The notes under the pieces are model-generated. The model ran no database searches. It worked only from the letters and a program-made list of their open reading frames with translations, and was not told where the DNA came from. DNA of 64,000 bases. Source: Woeseiaceae bacterium (GTDB lineage Bacteria > Pseudomonadota > Gammaproteobacteria > Steroidobacterales > Woeseiaceae). This document shows positions 36,464 to 46,996 of the stretch, piece after piece (the stretch's first letter is position 1; each line of letters starts with the position of its first letter). The stretch lies in the NCBI GenBank assembly GCA_965224505.1, contig CBDCZL010000018.1:2963847-3027846 (forward strand), in the 5' to 3' direction. Both the position numbers and the translations under genes were made by a program.

Positions 36464-39337
36464 ATGAACGAAAACACGATCGGGCTGGAACAGCTGCATT
36501 GGATCGGCTGGGTTACTTTTGCGTTGTTGTGCACGTCTCAACCGCTGGCCGCCAGTGCACAGGACGATGCCGAGCTCGAAGAAATAGTAGTCACCGGAAT
36601 TCGAGGTAGCCTGCATGAGGCTCTTGCGCTAAAACGCCGGGCGGGCAATGTTATCGATTCGATTGTTGCTGAAGATATCGGCAAGTTGCCGGATCAGAAC
36701 GTAGCTGAAGCTCTGCAGCGGGTACCCGGTGTGGCGATTTCAAGAGATAGTGGCGAGGGCCGAAACATATCTGTTCGTGGTATGGATGGGTCGTTCAACG
36801 TAACCATGGTAAACGGGCGGCGACTTGCGACTGAAAATCCAGGTCGCGAGTTTAGCTACGATGTACTGGCGTCGGAAATTGTGTCTCGTATCGATGTCCA
36901 CAAGACGCCGCAAGCTCGCCTGTATGAAGGGGGTATTGGCGCTGTGGTTGACATTCAGACGCTTCGCCCATTTGACCTCCGGCGGCCCACGTTGACAGGT
37001 TCATTTTTCTCAGTCAATGATGAGCTTTCCGGCGAAAGCAATCCTCGAGTTTCACTTGTTATGGGAGACACATTCGCGAATGATTCCTTTGGAGCGTTGG
37101 TTTCCATCAATTACATCAAGCGCGATTTACAACAAGACAGCGCTTCGATCAACCAGTACAGGCACCCATTTGATGTCGATCTCTTCAAAGATGGCACCGT
37201 CGACTATGCGAATACCGTTATGCCTCGAAATCTGCAGCTGAGGGTTAAGAAAGAGGCGCGGGAACGACTAACGGGGTCGGTTGCGCTGCAGTGGCAGGCA
37301 TCGGACGAAGTGCTTGTATCTTTCGACGGGTTGTACAGCGATTACAAGATTGACAATCGCACATCGAATCTGGGTGTTCCATTAGATGTTGGTCAGGCAG
37401 GCGCCCAGGGACAATACTGGCAGCATCCCGCCTATGTTGATGCCGTAGTCGATGCAGATAACAATCTGGTCTATGCGCGATTTGGTGACGACGGTACAGG
37501 TAGCCTTCCAAATCCATGGGCCTTCGTAGAAACGGTCGCGATTACCGAACCAAGGAAGACGGAAACGTATTTGGCGGGTCTAAACGTAGACTGGGCCATC
37601 GCCGAAAACATCAGCTTGAATGGCGATCTCTACGTAACCGAAGCGCAGCGAGAAAATAACGGAGATAATTGGACCTTGTCGAATCGCATCGGCGTTAACT
37701 GGGCGGAATACGACTGGAGAAATGGAGGTAGGCTACCCGACGTGCGGTTTTCTGAGCCCCCGGGTACCGATTTTATTAACACCATTGCGTGGAACAACAA
37801 CACGGGCGTAGACGTAACAGATTCGATCTGGGAAGCAAAGTTCGGTGGAGAATGGCTTCCAGACCAGCCATTTATGGAAACCCTTCGATTTGGAGTTAGC
37901 TATTCAGATCAGCAAAAAGAGAATCAATACTTTGCTACGCAATACAACAATGCGTATTTTGGCGGAAACCTCGCTGGCGTTTGGTATCCGAACTCCGATC
38001 CCAGAATTGGTTCTTTGGGCGATTTCCATCGTTCCTGGATTGTACCGGACGCTGTGTACGGCGAGCCATTTTCAAACGGCTTCCTGTCGGACGTGGGCGG
38101 GGATTTTCCGCGCAGCTGGCCTTCTCTGGATGTTGACCGTTATCTCACCTTCTTACAAACGCTAAGCGAAGATGCATATGATTTGCTAAATGCGTCGCAC
38201 TGGCCAACCCGTTCGTATGCTATCCAGGAGCGGGCATCGGCAGCCTATCTTGAAGCGGACTTCGTGGGAACCATCGGCGCAGATGTCGAGTACACGCTAA
38301 ACGTAGGTGTGAGATATGCCCATACTAAGCAAACATCAAAGGGTACAAATCCAGAGGTCGATTTTGTATCGACTCGTTGGAACAATGTTCCGGTTTGGTT
38401 CAATTACGTAGACAACGTTACCGGCATCTCAACTTCCAAAAGTTACTCTGAAGTTCTTCCGAGCGCGAACCTGAAACTGGAATTTGGAGAGAAATTCGTT
38501 GGCCGGATGGCGGCCGCGCGCGTCATGACACGAGCACCGATCAATCATCTGCGAATGGCACAAAGAGCTTACCCGGAGCCGTGGAATGGTTTTATCGAAA
38601 GGGGAAACCCGGGTCTGGCGCCATTCCTGGCCGATCAATTCGATTTGTCTCTGGAGTGGTATTACTCGGACAGCGGAGCGGTCGTTGTTGGGGCATTCTT
38701 CAAAGATGTCGACACGTTCGTCACGACAGGTCCAAACGGACAGGAAACGAACAACTACGATCTTCGGTGTCTTAATCCAGTAGCATTTTGGGAATGTCAG
38801 GATCATGACGACGTTCCACTGACTTTAGAGATTCGACAGCCCTTTAACGTCGAGGGCGGCGGCGAGATCCAGGGTTTGGAATTCGCCTGGCAGCAAAGTA
38901 TGGAGGACGTACTGCCTGGTGCATGGGGTGGCCTTGGATTTCAGGCCAATCTGACGCTGGCCGATAGTGAATCCGAACTGTTTGACAAGAACGGTAATAA
39001 GCTTCCATTCCTGGGTATGTCAGACTTGTCCTACAATGTCATTGCGTATTACGAAGTGCCTAAGTTTGGTGCTCGTCTCGCGTACAACTACCGTGATTCA
39101 TATTTTAGTGAGGTTGCCTCCAGCCGCAGGCCGGATGAAACCTACGTACAGGCGGCTGGCAAACTCGATTTTAGCGCCTATTACAATATCAACGAACACT
39201 TCACAATCAACGCCTACGGAAGGAATTTGACCGACGAGGCATTTGAAACAACGCACGGTGATGGCCCTAACAAGAAACTTCGGTTCCTGGCCTTTACGGG
39301 ACCTCAGTATGGAATAGGAATCCGGGCGAAGTTCTAA
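36464..39337 (+). CDS. TonB-dependent receptor
   Basis: Signal peptide, then the plug motif EEIVVTGIRGS...DQNVAEALQRVPGV, a long beta-barrel, and a C-terminal ...YGIGIRAKF. Confidence 0.9.
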   Translation: MNENTIGLEQLHWIGWVTFALLCTSQPLAASAQDDAELEEIVVTGIRGSLHEALALKRRAGNVIDSIVAEDIGKLPDQNVAEALQRVPGVAISRDSGEGRNISVRGMDGSFNVTMVNGRRLATENPGREFSYDVLASEIVSRIDVHKTPQARLYEGGIGAVVDIQTLRPFDLRRPTLTGSFFSVNDELSGESNPRVSLVMGDTFANDSFGALVSINYIKRDLQQDSASINQYRHPFDVDLFKDGTVDYANTVMPRNLQLRVKKEARERLTGSVALQWQASDEVLVSFDGLYSDYKIDNRTSNLGVPLDVGQAGAQGQYWQHPAYVDAVVDADNNLVYARFGDDGTGSLPNPWAFVETVAITEPRKTETYLAGLNVDWAIAENISLNGDLYVTEAQRENNGDNWTLSNRIGVNWAEYDWRNGGRLPDVRFSEPPGTDFINTIAWNNNTGVDVTDSIWEAKFGGEWLPDQPFMETLRFGVSYSDQQKENQYFATQYNNAYFGGNLAGVWYPNSDPRIGSLGDFHRSWIVPDAVYGEPFSNGFLSDVGGDFPRSWPSLDVDRYLTFLQTLSEDAYDLLNASHWPTRSYAIQERASAAYLEADFVGTIGADVEYTLNVGVRYAHTKQTSKGTNPEVDFVSTRWNNVPVWFNYVDNVTGISTSKSYSEVLPSANLKLEFGEKFVGRMAAARVMTRAPINHLRMAQRAYPEPWNGFIERGNPGLAPFLADQFDLSLEWYYSDSGAVVVGAFFKDVDTFVTTGPNGQETNNYDLRCLNPVAFWECQDHDDVPLTLEIRQPFNVEGGGEIQGLEFAWQQSMEDVLPGAWGGLGFQANLTLADSESELFDKNGNKLPFLGMSDLSYNVIAYYEVPKFGARLAYNYRDSYFSEVASSRRPDETYVQAAGKLDFSAYYNINEHFTINAYGRNLTDEAFETTHGDGPNKKLRFLAFTGPQYGIGIRAKF

Positions 39338-39452
39338 CTGCGCAGCAAATCCTGTATGAGAGCGAAATTGACGAAGTTGTGTCGATTTCGCTCTTCGCAG
39401 CGCTGTTTCGCCCGGAAAGCCACTGCTACATGAGTAAGAAATCCTCGCTTCG

Positions 39453-41333
39453 ATGAGCTTTTCTAATATCCATGTGATTTATCGCGCACTTTCGCGTGCG
39501 GGGGCTGTAATAGTCGTTTCGGTATGCCTCGTTTTGGCGATGGGCGCTACTGTACATGCCGCCGAAATTTTGCGAATGGATAGGCCAGCGCACTATCCTG
39601 GCATTCCGATTCTGACCTTCGAACAAGCCAGAAGAGATATAACCGAGTTTGGCTCCGAATATCGAGTTCGCGCTCACGGTCGCGCGTCAGTCCGGTCTGG
39701 AATAGCAAGGAATGGGTTCAATACTGCCCTCCGAATTCGATATCGTGGCGTACGGAGCGAAGTCGATGGGGCGACAATGCGCGTATCGGTTTTTGGACTA
39801 CTTGAGAATCGACGGGGTCTGCCCGAGGAACTGTCGGGCTCGATCGAGGGGTATAGCTTCCGGGCGCGCGCCAACCGATCGCCTGTGCTGCTTCAGGTTG
39901 AGGGCATAGGTCGAAAAGGTCAACTGCTTCACCGGCAATCGTTTGAGATAGGGCCCGAAATGACCACCTATGAAGCAGCATTTGCGGCTGGTGAGTTAGC
40001 TGAGATCAGGTTCGTCCTAAATGGACAAACAGGCACTGGATACTCAAGTGGCACGATTATTCTCGATGAAATCCACTTGCTTGACGGTTCCAACGAACCG
40101 TTTATTCCCCCGACGGACGATCTTGAAATGCTGAAGTGGTTAAAGGAAAGCGGGCTTCGGTATTTTGTTTGGAACTATAGGGATTCGGCGGCTAACGATG
40201 GTGGTGTTGTGCTGAAGGAGGGCAGGGGTGACGCTTTCGTGTCCGTTTCCGGATTAGGAATGGCCTTAGCCATTTACGCTATTGCCGAAGAGGATGGATT
40301 CGTAACGAGCGACGTGGCGGAAGAACGTACACTGGCAATACTGCGCTTCTTACAAGACCAAAACTGGTTTGATGGTTCGTCGGGCTGGCACGGTTTTCCA
40401 TATCACTACTTTGCTCCGGACGGGACGCCACAATGGCCTCGCGTAAGTACGATTGACTGGGCAATGTGTGCGGCGGGAATAAGGACCGCACGACAGAAAT
40501 ACAATGACAATCGTGAAATAGTCACGATTGCCGGTGAGCTATTGGGGCGTGCGAAGTGGAACAGAGCGATCGATGATGACGGCAAAATTGTTATGGGATT
40601 CGAGCCTGAGCAAGGGGAAGCGAACACGTATCGATGGGGCCTCTCGTTTTCTGAGGAAACGGAACTCGTTTATCTGGAAGCCGTGGCATCCGGGAAACTA
40701 AGTGCGACGGTTTTTAACTCCATAACAAGACGAAAACAGGGCATATTTTATCCGAGTTGGTTTGGAACCGGTTTTGTTTACAACTGGATGCAGCTATGGA
40801 CCGGCCCACTACTTCCGTATGCGCGGAACAGTCGGCGCGCGTACCTATACGACGCCAAGACATCTGAAACGGTATTCGGTATTCCTATCATGGGATTAAC
40901 CGCTGCCGGCACTTTTACAGAACTCGATAATGATGGTTTCACCGCCGGAAGACAGTACTTTAGTAACCAGGGCTCGGAAGCGCATGCGACGACTAACGCT
41001 GACGAAGTTGTCAGAGTTGCTCCCGCACCATACGGTGCAGTATTGGCTCTCCCATATGCTCCCGATGAGGCGCTGGGCGCGCTTCGGCAGTTTGTAAAGC
41101 TCGGTTACTATCATCCATATCTCGGTCTGCCGGACACAGTACGATTAGCCGGGTTGCCGAAGAAAATGGAAGCTACACCATCATGGTTACATTTTGATCT
41201 GAACATAGGCGCGCAGACAATGGCGATCGATCAATTTACCAGCAACACGGTCGGCCACTTGTACCGTAGCGACCCGCAGATTGATGCTGCGCTATACGAG
41301 TTAACTCAGTCGGTACGGTTTGAGTTTGACTAA
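39453..41333 (+). CDS. Secreted glucoamylase-like (alpha/alpha)6 glycoside-hydrolase candidate with an N-terminal beta-sandwich module
   Basis: 626 aa with a signal peptide. The C-terminal 400 aa resemble DUF3131/GH144-like proteins by eye (GLGMALAIYAIAEE, STIDWAMCAAG, DLNIGAQTMAIDQ). This is a weak call. Confidence 0.4.
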   Translation: MSFSNIHVIYRALSRAGAVIVVSVCLVLAMGATVHAAEILRMDRPAHYPGIPILTFEQARRDITEFGSEYRVRAHGRASVRSGIARNGFNTALRIRYRGVRSEVDGATMRVSVFGLLENRRGLPEELSGSIEGYSFRARANRSPVLLQVEGIGRKGQLLHRQSFEIGPEMTTYEAAFAAGELAEIRFVLNGQTGTGYSSGTIILDEIHLLDGSNEPFIPPTDDLEMLKWLKESGLRYFVWNYRDSAANDGGVVLKEGRGDAFVSVSGLGMALAIYAIAEEDGFVTSDVAEERTLAILRFLQDQNWFDGSSGWHGFPYHYFAPDGTPQWPRVSTIDWAMCAAGIRTARQKYNDNREIVTIAGELLGRAKWNRAIDDDGKIVMGFEPEQGEANTYRWGLSFSEETELVYLEAVASGKLSATVFNSITRRKQGIFYPSWFGTGFVYNWMQLWTGPLLPYARNSRRAYLYDAKTSETVFGIPIMGLTAAGTFTELDNDGFTAGRQYFSNQGSEAHATTNADEVVRVAPAPYGAVLALPYAPDEALGALRQFVKLGYYHPYLGLPDTVRLAGLPKKMEATPSWLHFDLNIGAQTMAIDQFTSNTVGHLYRSDPQIDAALYELTQSVRFEFD

Positions 41334-42876
41334 AGTGTGTACAGGTGTTGCGATACGATTTGCGGTTTTTTCGGTGGTCATTTGCCTTGCCGCAGCAGCT
41401 TGCCGAAGTGGCGAAGTTAACGGCGCACGGCCCAATGTGATACTGCTATACGTTGATGATCTTGGCTATGCAGACGTTGGCTCTTACGGTGCCGAAGGAG
41501 TAGAAACACCAAACATCGATGCATTAGCTCGTACCGGCATCTCATTTACCGACGCGCACAGCACGGCCGCTACGTGTTCGCCGTCGCGATATTCATTGTT
41601 GACCGGCGAGCACGGCTTCCGGATTGGTGCCGGCATTTTAGGTGGGGACTCGGGGATGATCATTCGTCCGGAGAAGCCAACGCTCCCTGGATTGTTTAAG
41701 CGTGCGGGATATCGGACGAGTGTCATAGGTAAGTGGCATTTGGGATTGGGCAACGGTGACGTGGATTGGAACGGCGCAATAAAACCGGGACCTCTGGAAA
41801 TCGGATTCGACTACAGTTTTCTGATGCCGGCGACGGGGGATCGGGTTCCAACCGTATTGGTCGAGCAGCATCATGTCGTAGGGGCAAATCTCGATGACCC
41901 CATTTCTATCAGCTTCGACAAAATAATTGGTCGTCGACCAACCGGTGTGCAGGAGCCGGACGCACTCCGCGTTAACGCAGATAAGCAGCATAGCGGTACG
42001 ATCATCAATGGTGTTAGCCGTATCGGTTTCATGGCAGGAGGACATGGCGCAGAATGGGTTGACGAAGCGTTACCGTCGATCTTCACCGACAAGGCAATAG
42101 ACTTCATCGAGTCTGACCCTGACACACCATTTTTCTTGTTCTATGCCTTTCACGATATACATGTGCCGCGCATGCCGGCTGAACAATTTGTCGGCAGGAG
42201 TTCGATGGGGCCGCGTGGCGATGCAATCGTTCAGGTCGACTGGGTTGTAGGAAAAATTGTTGAAACGCTACGTAAACTGGGAATCGAGGAACGAACCATC
42301 GTTATTTTTACGAGTGACAACGGTCCTGTTCTTAATGATGGATATGACGATAGGGCGGTCGAGAAGGTAGGTCGGCATATCCCTTCAGGACCGTTTCGCG
42401 GAGGAAAGTACAGTGTATTCGAAGCAGGCACTCGTGTGCCGATGATACTGAACTGGCGAGGTACCGTCGGTCATGCGTCGAGTGATGCATTGATGTCACA
42501 AATTGACTTCTATGCATCGTTCGCCCGGTTGCTTGATATAGAGCTTCGCCCCGGGGAGGCTCCAGATAGCCGAGACTATCTTGACGCTCTTCTGGGACGG
42601 AGCGCATCCGGCCGAGAAACCTTGATCCTGGAGAGTTCGTTGGCTTTGGGGTTGCGAGAAAAACAATGGAAGTATATTGCTCCGGTAGACGCTGATGTGA
42701 CGTTGCCTTTGCAATGGCTTGCGGGGAAAAGTATTGAATCAGGTTTGGCCCATGAACCGCAACTGTATGATCTTTCGACCGATCTCGGAGAGCAGACCAA
42801 TCTCGCGAACGATCAGCCCAATCGAGTTCGCGAATTGTCGCGAGAGCTCCAATCCGTCATTGAGCATTCATATTAA
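41320..42876 (+). CDS. Arylsulfatase (formylglycine-dependent sulfatase family)
   Basis: PNVILLYVDDLGYADVG plus the CSPSR formylglycine motif (TAATCSPSRYSLLTG), and FTSDNGP. Confidence 0.9.
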   Translation: MSLTKVCTGVAIRFAVFSVVICLAAAACRSGEVNGARPNVILLYVDDLGYADVGSYGAEGVETPNIDALARTGISFTDAHSTAATCSPSRYSLLTGEHGFRIGAGILGGDSGMIIRPEKPTLPGLFKRAGYRTSVIGKWHLGLGNGDVDWNGAIKPGPLEIGFDYSFLMPATGDRVPTVLVEQHHVVGANLDDPISISFDKIIGRRPTGVQEPDALRVNADKQHSGTIINGVSRIGFMAGGHGAEWVDEALPSIFTDKAIDFIESDPDTPFFLFYAFHDIHVPRMPAEQFVGRSSMGPRGDAIVQVDWVVGKIVETLRKLGIEERTIVIFTSDNGPVLNDGYDDRAVEKVGRHIPSGPFRGGKYSVFEAGTRVPMILNWRGTVGHASSDALMSQIDFYASFARLLDIELRPGEAPDSRDYLDALLGRSASGRETLILESSLALGLREKQWKYIAPVDADVTLPLQWLAGKSIESGLAHEPQLYDLSTDLGEQTNLANDQPNRVRELSRELQSVIEHSY

Positions 42877-42962
42877 CAGGCCCAGATTGGGTTCGATTTG
42901 ACGTTGCCGAGTTCGTGCACGGATCAGTACGCTGGTTGCCCATTGTGCACTCTTCCGATGCG

Positions 42963-44405
42963 TCAGTTGCGGCGACCCACGCGTAGCGTTGCAGACTTGC
43001 GAAAAACAACTTTATTGGCAGTGAGTGCCAAAGTGACACAACAGATAAGTGTCACGAACATTAAATGGATGTAATGAAGCGGTGTCCAGACGAACGTGAA
43101 GACCCCGTAGATCAACACCCCTGTGACGAGCGCGAACACCGCCGAACGATAATCCACATTGTTACACCCAAGTCCAACCAAATAGACTGACAGAATAGGC
43201 ATGCTGAGTAGTCCATATAGCTGCTGCACCAGATTTACAATGCTGTCCGTTCCGTCGTAGATCGGCACCAACACAATTGACAAGCTCGTAATGACCACCA
43301 TTACCGCAATGCTCAGATTATGGATCGATTGTCTTGCAGAGCCTGCAGTGAAAAGTCGGTCGTGAATGTCACATACGTAAAGAGTCGTCGCAGAGTTCAG
43401 AATGCTGTTAAAGCTCGTCAGTACGGCTGCAGCCATTGCCGCTGCAAATAGGCCAGTTGACCACACCGGCATGACATCCGCTACGATTCTCCCGTAGGCA
43501 ACATCGCCAATATCACCGTACAGTTTGTACGAGACAATTCCAGGTATGACGATCATCGGCGGGACTAAAATAAGACGAATGGCCGCCGCGGCGAACACGC
43601 CTTTTTGTGCTTCCCGGACGTTTGGAGCCGCCATTGCGCGCTGGGTTATTGTTTGGTTAGTGCTCCAGTAGAAAATCTGAATGAAGATCATTCCGGTTAG
43701 CAGAGTGTGCCAGGGAATTGGGCTGTCGCTGGAACCGATCAAGGTGAGACGGGAATGCGGGATATCGGACAAGTCAAATCCGATTCTCGAAAGGGAGAAG
43801 TAGACGACTGCGATTCCCATCGAGATCAACAAAACTCCGCTATAAGTGTCTGACACGGCAACTGCGCGAAGGCCGCCAAAGATTGCATAAACAGCACCAA
43901 TAACAGCAAATGCCGATGCGATGGCAATAGTGGGCAAGTCCAGGCCAAACATCGATTTCATGACCAATGATCCGGTGTATAACAGCACCGGCATGAAGAT
44001 AAGTATGTTTCCGGCTAAAAACAGCGTGGAAACAAGGACGCGAAGCGAGCGGTTACCGTATCGACGTTCCAGAAGCTCCGTCGTCGTAGTGCATTTGAGT
44101 CGGTAGTAGATCGGCAGAAACCCCTTTGCCAATATCACGAGCCCTGCGACCGCTGCCAGTTCCCACCAGGCCAGCAGCGCCATCTGGTTTCCATTCATGC
44201 CGACCAGCTGGTCGGTGCTCAGGTTCGTCAGCGTAATCGAGCCAGCGACAAACACCCAGGTCAGTCCGCCCCCGGCAAGAAAGTAATCTCTGTGACTATC
44301 GGAGGATAGACGTTTGCCTTTGCACTTCAGGTACGTCGATAGTGCGATCATCACAGAACAAGCGACAAATACTGCCAGCTGAATATCTTGATTGTCATCG
44401 CCCAT
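42963..44405 (-). CDS. Sodium:solute symporter (SSS family)
   Basis: 480 aa, polytopic. Motifs: YFLAGGGLTWVFVAGSITLTNLSTDQLVG and WSTNQTITQRAMAA. Confidence 0.85.
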   Translation of the reverse strand: MGDDNQDIQLAVFVACSVMIALSTYLKCKGKRLSSDSHRDYFLAGGGLTWVFVAGSITLTNLSTDQLVGMNGNQMALLAWWELAAVAGLVILAKGFLPIYYRLKCTTTTELLERRYGNRSLRVLVSTLFLAGNILIFMPVLLYTGSLVMKSMFGLDLPTIAIASAFAVIGAVYAIFGGLRAVAVSDTYSGVLLISMGIAVVYFSLSRIGFDLSDIPHSRLTLIGSSDSPIPWHTLLTGMIFIQIFYWSTNQTITQRAMAAPNVREAQKGVFAAAAIRLILVPPMIVIPGIVSYKLYGDIGDVAYGRIVADVMPVWSTGLFAAAMAAAVLTSFNSILNSATTLYVCDIHDRLFTAGSARQSIHNLSIAVMVVITSLSIVLVPIYDGTDSIVNLVQQLYGLLSMPILSVYLVGLGCNNVDYRSAVFALVTGVLIYGVFTFVWTPLHYIHLMFVTLICCVTLALTANKVVFRKSATLRVGRRN

Positions 44406-44487
44406 AGGCGTATGCCCTTAAGACCTGTTAATGCCGCGGTTGCGGTCATAAGCAACCATTCGAGATAAAGCCATTTGTTTCAAAATC

Positions 44488-44515
44488 TTGACAAGTACGT
44501 TAAATCATATAAATA
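44488..44515 (+). promoter_or_regulatory. Sigma70-like promoter with the shared operator motif, upstream of the GH35-like gene
   Basis: TTGACA-16 nt-TAAATA. The 20-mer at 44501..44520 matches 36401..36420 at 19 of 20 positions. Confidence 0.45.
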
Positions 44516-44717
44516 TTATATACAAGCACAAGAGATTGAGGTGCTTAACTTACGTCGCCTTCAAGAACTGGGGAGCAGCTGTGAAATGGCGATCTAATCA
44601 GCCTGCGATATTCATATACACAAAGGCTGTCGTTGGCGTGCGGACTCGACATTAAGAGGTGGTCAACAATATTGTTGACTTAATCGTAGTGAAAGACATC
44701 GGCAGGGTGGAAGATAG

Positions 44718-46421
44718 ATGTGCAAGAATTCGAAGTTGGTCGCACTTGTTTCCGGAGTTTCGTTGTTCATGACAACGACGGATGCGTTGGCCGCCAAAGA
44801 TGATGGGATCGCGTGGCTGAATCACCAGGGCCCCGCAGTGCAGCTGCATGTAGATGGTCAACCGTTCGTGATCCTTGGAGGGGAACTTCACAACTCCACT
44901 GGTTCGTCAACCGACCATATGGACCCGTTATGGGATCGACTGGTCGGGATGAATCTCAACACGGTGCTCGTAACCGTGTCGTGGGAGCTTTTGGAGCCGT
45001 CGGAGGGTAAGTTCGACTTTGCTCTCGTGGACTACATGATTGAACGTGCAGACGAGCACGGTTTGAAACTCGTGTTGGTGTGGTTTGGTAGTTGGAAGAA
45101 CGGCCAGTCAAGCTATGCGCCAATGTGGGTCAAAAAGGACACGATACGGTTTCCGCGAGTGTTGACGTACGAAGGCCATCGCATTGAAACCCTCTCACCA
45201 TTCAGCATGGAGCTTCAGCGTGCGGATGCCAATGCGTTTCGCACCTTGATGCGTTATGTTCGAGAGAAAGACAGGAACGGCGTGGTCATCATGGCGCAGC
45301 CGGAGAATGAAGTAGGTCTGTTTCAAGATATAGATTACAACGAAGCTGGCCTGGCAGCTTTCGATGCGCCCGTACCAAAGCCGCTTCTGGACTATTTAGG
45401 AGCGAATAGGGCTAATCTTAAGAACCCTGTAGCGGACGCCTGGAGTTCGAATGGAAACAGGAAAACCGGCACCTGGCGTGAGGTTTTTGGAGACAATCCA
45501 ACCGCTCGAGAATTCCTAATGGCCTGGCAGTACGCAACCTTTATCAATAAGGTTGCGAAAGCGGGTAAGGAAGAGCTGCCGGTTCCGATGTTTGTGAATG
45601 CCTGGATCGTTCAGAAACCTGGAGACCTGCCAGGCGTTTACCCAAATGGCGGGCCAGTTGCACGAGTGATGGATATCTACAAAGCAGGAGCACCGGACAT
45701 TGATTTGGTCGTGCCGGACATCTATTTGCCGAATTTTAAGGAAATTGTCGCAAAGTACCATCGTCATGACAATGCACTGCTAGTACCGGAATCGACACGG
45801 GAAGCGGGTCGTGCCTTCTACGCGCTCGCAGAACACGATGCGATAGGCTTCGGTCCATTTGGCGTTGAGGATGGTGCAGAAGACGCCGCATTTGCACAAT
45901 CTTATGCGGTACTGTCCGAACTAATGCCCGTGATAGTCGAGCATCAAGGATCAGGTGACATGTTCGGGATCCTGCGCGAGGCAGATGAGTCTGGGCGAGT
46001 GATTAGCCACAAAGGCGTGCAAATTGAGATTACCTACGAGAAAAATGATAAGCCATGTTATGGACTTATTATTCGCACGCAAGAAAATGAATACCTGGTA
46101 GCCGGCATAAATTTCTTCGTGACATTTTCTTCTGAAGATCCAGATGTCGTGACGTACATTGGACAAGTTTGGGAGGGAGGATTCGACGATGAGGGTTGGT
46201 TTAATCGACGTCTTTTGAACGGCGATGAAACCTATCACAACTCTCGAGTACGCGCTTTGGGTCGTGAGACCGTCTTGACCGTCTCCCCAGTGACCGGCCA
46301 GTTGTTGGCGCCGCAGCCGGACGCTGATGACGAAATGAAAATCGCTGTGGAAAAAATTGCGACCTCGACTCCAGGGATCTACAAAGTCACCACTTACCAA
46401 TACGAAACAACGCCGGAGTGA
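44718..46421 (+). CDS. GH35-like beta-galactosidase family protein (with a DUF5597-type C-terminal domain)
   Basis: 567 aa with a signal peptide. Motifs: GGELHNS, NTVLVTVSWELLEPSEGKFDF, LVLVWFGSWKNGQSSYAP and QPENEVG. Confidence 0.6.
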   Translation: MCKNSKLVALVSGVSLFMTTTDALAAKDDGIAWLNHQGPAVQLHVDGQPFVILGGELHNSTGSSTDHMDPLWDRLVGMNLNTVLVTVSWELLEPSEGKFDFALVDYMIERADEHGLKLVLVWFGSWKNGQSSYAPMWVKKDTIRFPRVLTYEGHRIETLSPFSMELQRADANAFRTLMRYVREKDRNGVVIMAQPENEVGLFQDIDYNEAGLAAFDAPVPKPLLDYLGANRANLKNPVADAWSSNGNRKTGTWREVFGDNPTAREFLMAWQYATFINKVAKAGKEELPVPMFVNAWIVQKPGDLPGVYPNGGPVARVMDIYKAGAPDIDLVVPDIYLPNFKEIVAKYHRHDNALLVPESTREAGRAFYALAEHDAIGFGPFGVEDGAEDAAFAQSYAVLSELMPVIVEHQGSGDMFGILREADESGRVISHKGVQIEITYEKNDKPCYGLIIRTQENEYLVAGINFFVTFSSEDPDVVTYIGQVWEGGFDDEGWFNRRLLNGDETYHNSRVRALGRETVLTVSPVTGQLLAPQPDADDEMKIAVEKIATSTPGIYKVTTYQYETTPE

Positions 46422-46560
46422 CAATTCAGCGTCTTCCCGATACATTTACGGACGATGGTATTCTCGCTCGTGCAATGGCTCGCCGTTCTGTTTGAGGTCA
46501 CAGATGACGACGAGCACCACACGTGCAGCTCGGCCACTCAGGACTTGAGGCCTGTGGCCG

Positions 46561-46894
46561 TTACTCAGACCCCGGCTGATAAATCTGAATCGGATTCCCG
46601 CAGGTATCGGTAAAAACCGCAATCGTCACGTCGCCAACACCGGTAGGCTCCGTTGTGAATGTCACACCGAGCGCTGAAAGCTTCCGAAACTCGGCGTCGA
46701 CTTCGAACGAGGGCTCCATTGTCATCCGCCGACCAATTGTGAACCAACCTGGCCCGTGCCTCCGGTTCCGCTACGATTCGTTGCACTGCACGTTCCGTAA
46801 TGCCCAAGGCTTCGGCGACGTCGCCCAGCCGCACATGCGGGTCCGCGGCGGGCAGTTCACTTACGCGAAAAGTTTTGCGTATATTCGTTTTCAT
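46561..46894 (-). pseudogene. Possible frameshifted HTH / VOC (glyoxalase-fold) gene remnant
   Basis: In one frame the N-terminal part has the HTH-like segment VRLGDVAEALGITERAVQRIV. A different frame of the 3' part reads GPGWFTIG..MEPSFEVDAEFRKLSALGVTFTTEPTGVGDVTIAVFTDTCGNPIQIYQPGSE, a typical VOC C-terminal module. Confidence 0.3.
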
Positions 46895-46996
46895 GACATG
46901 ATTCTCGCAGCCGATCTACCTCGTGCGATGCGCGGAAACGCCGTTTCGGAGATGTCATGATCCAGTCGATCTGCTGCACGGAAATCCTCGTACTCA

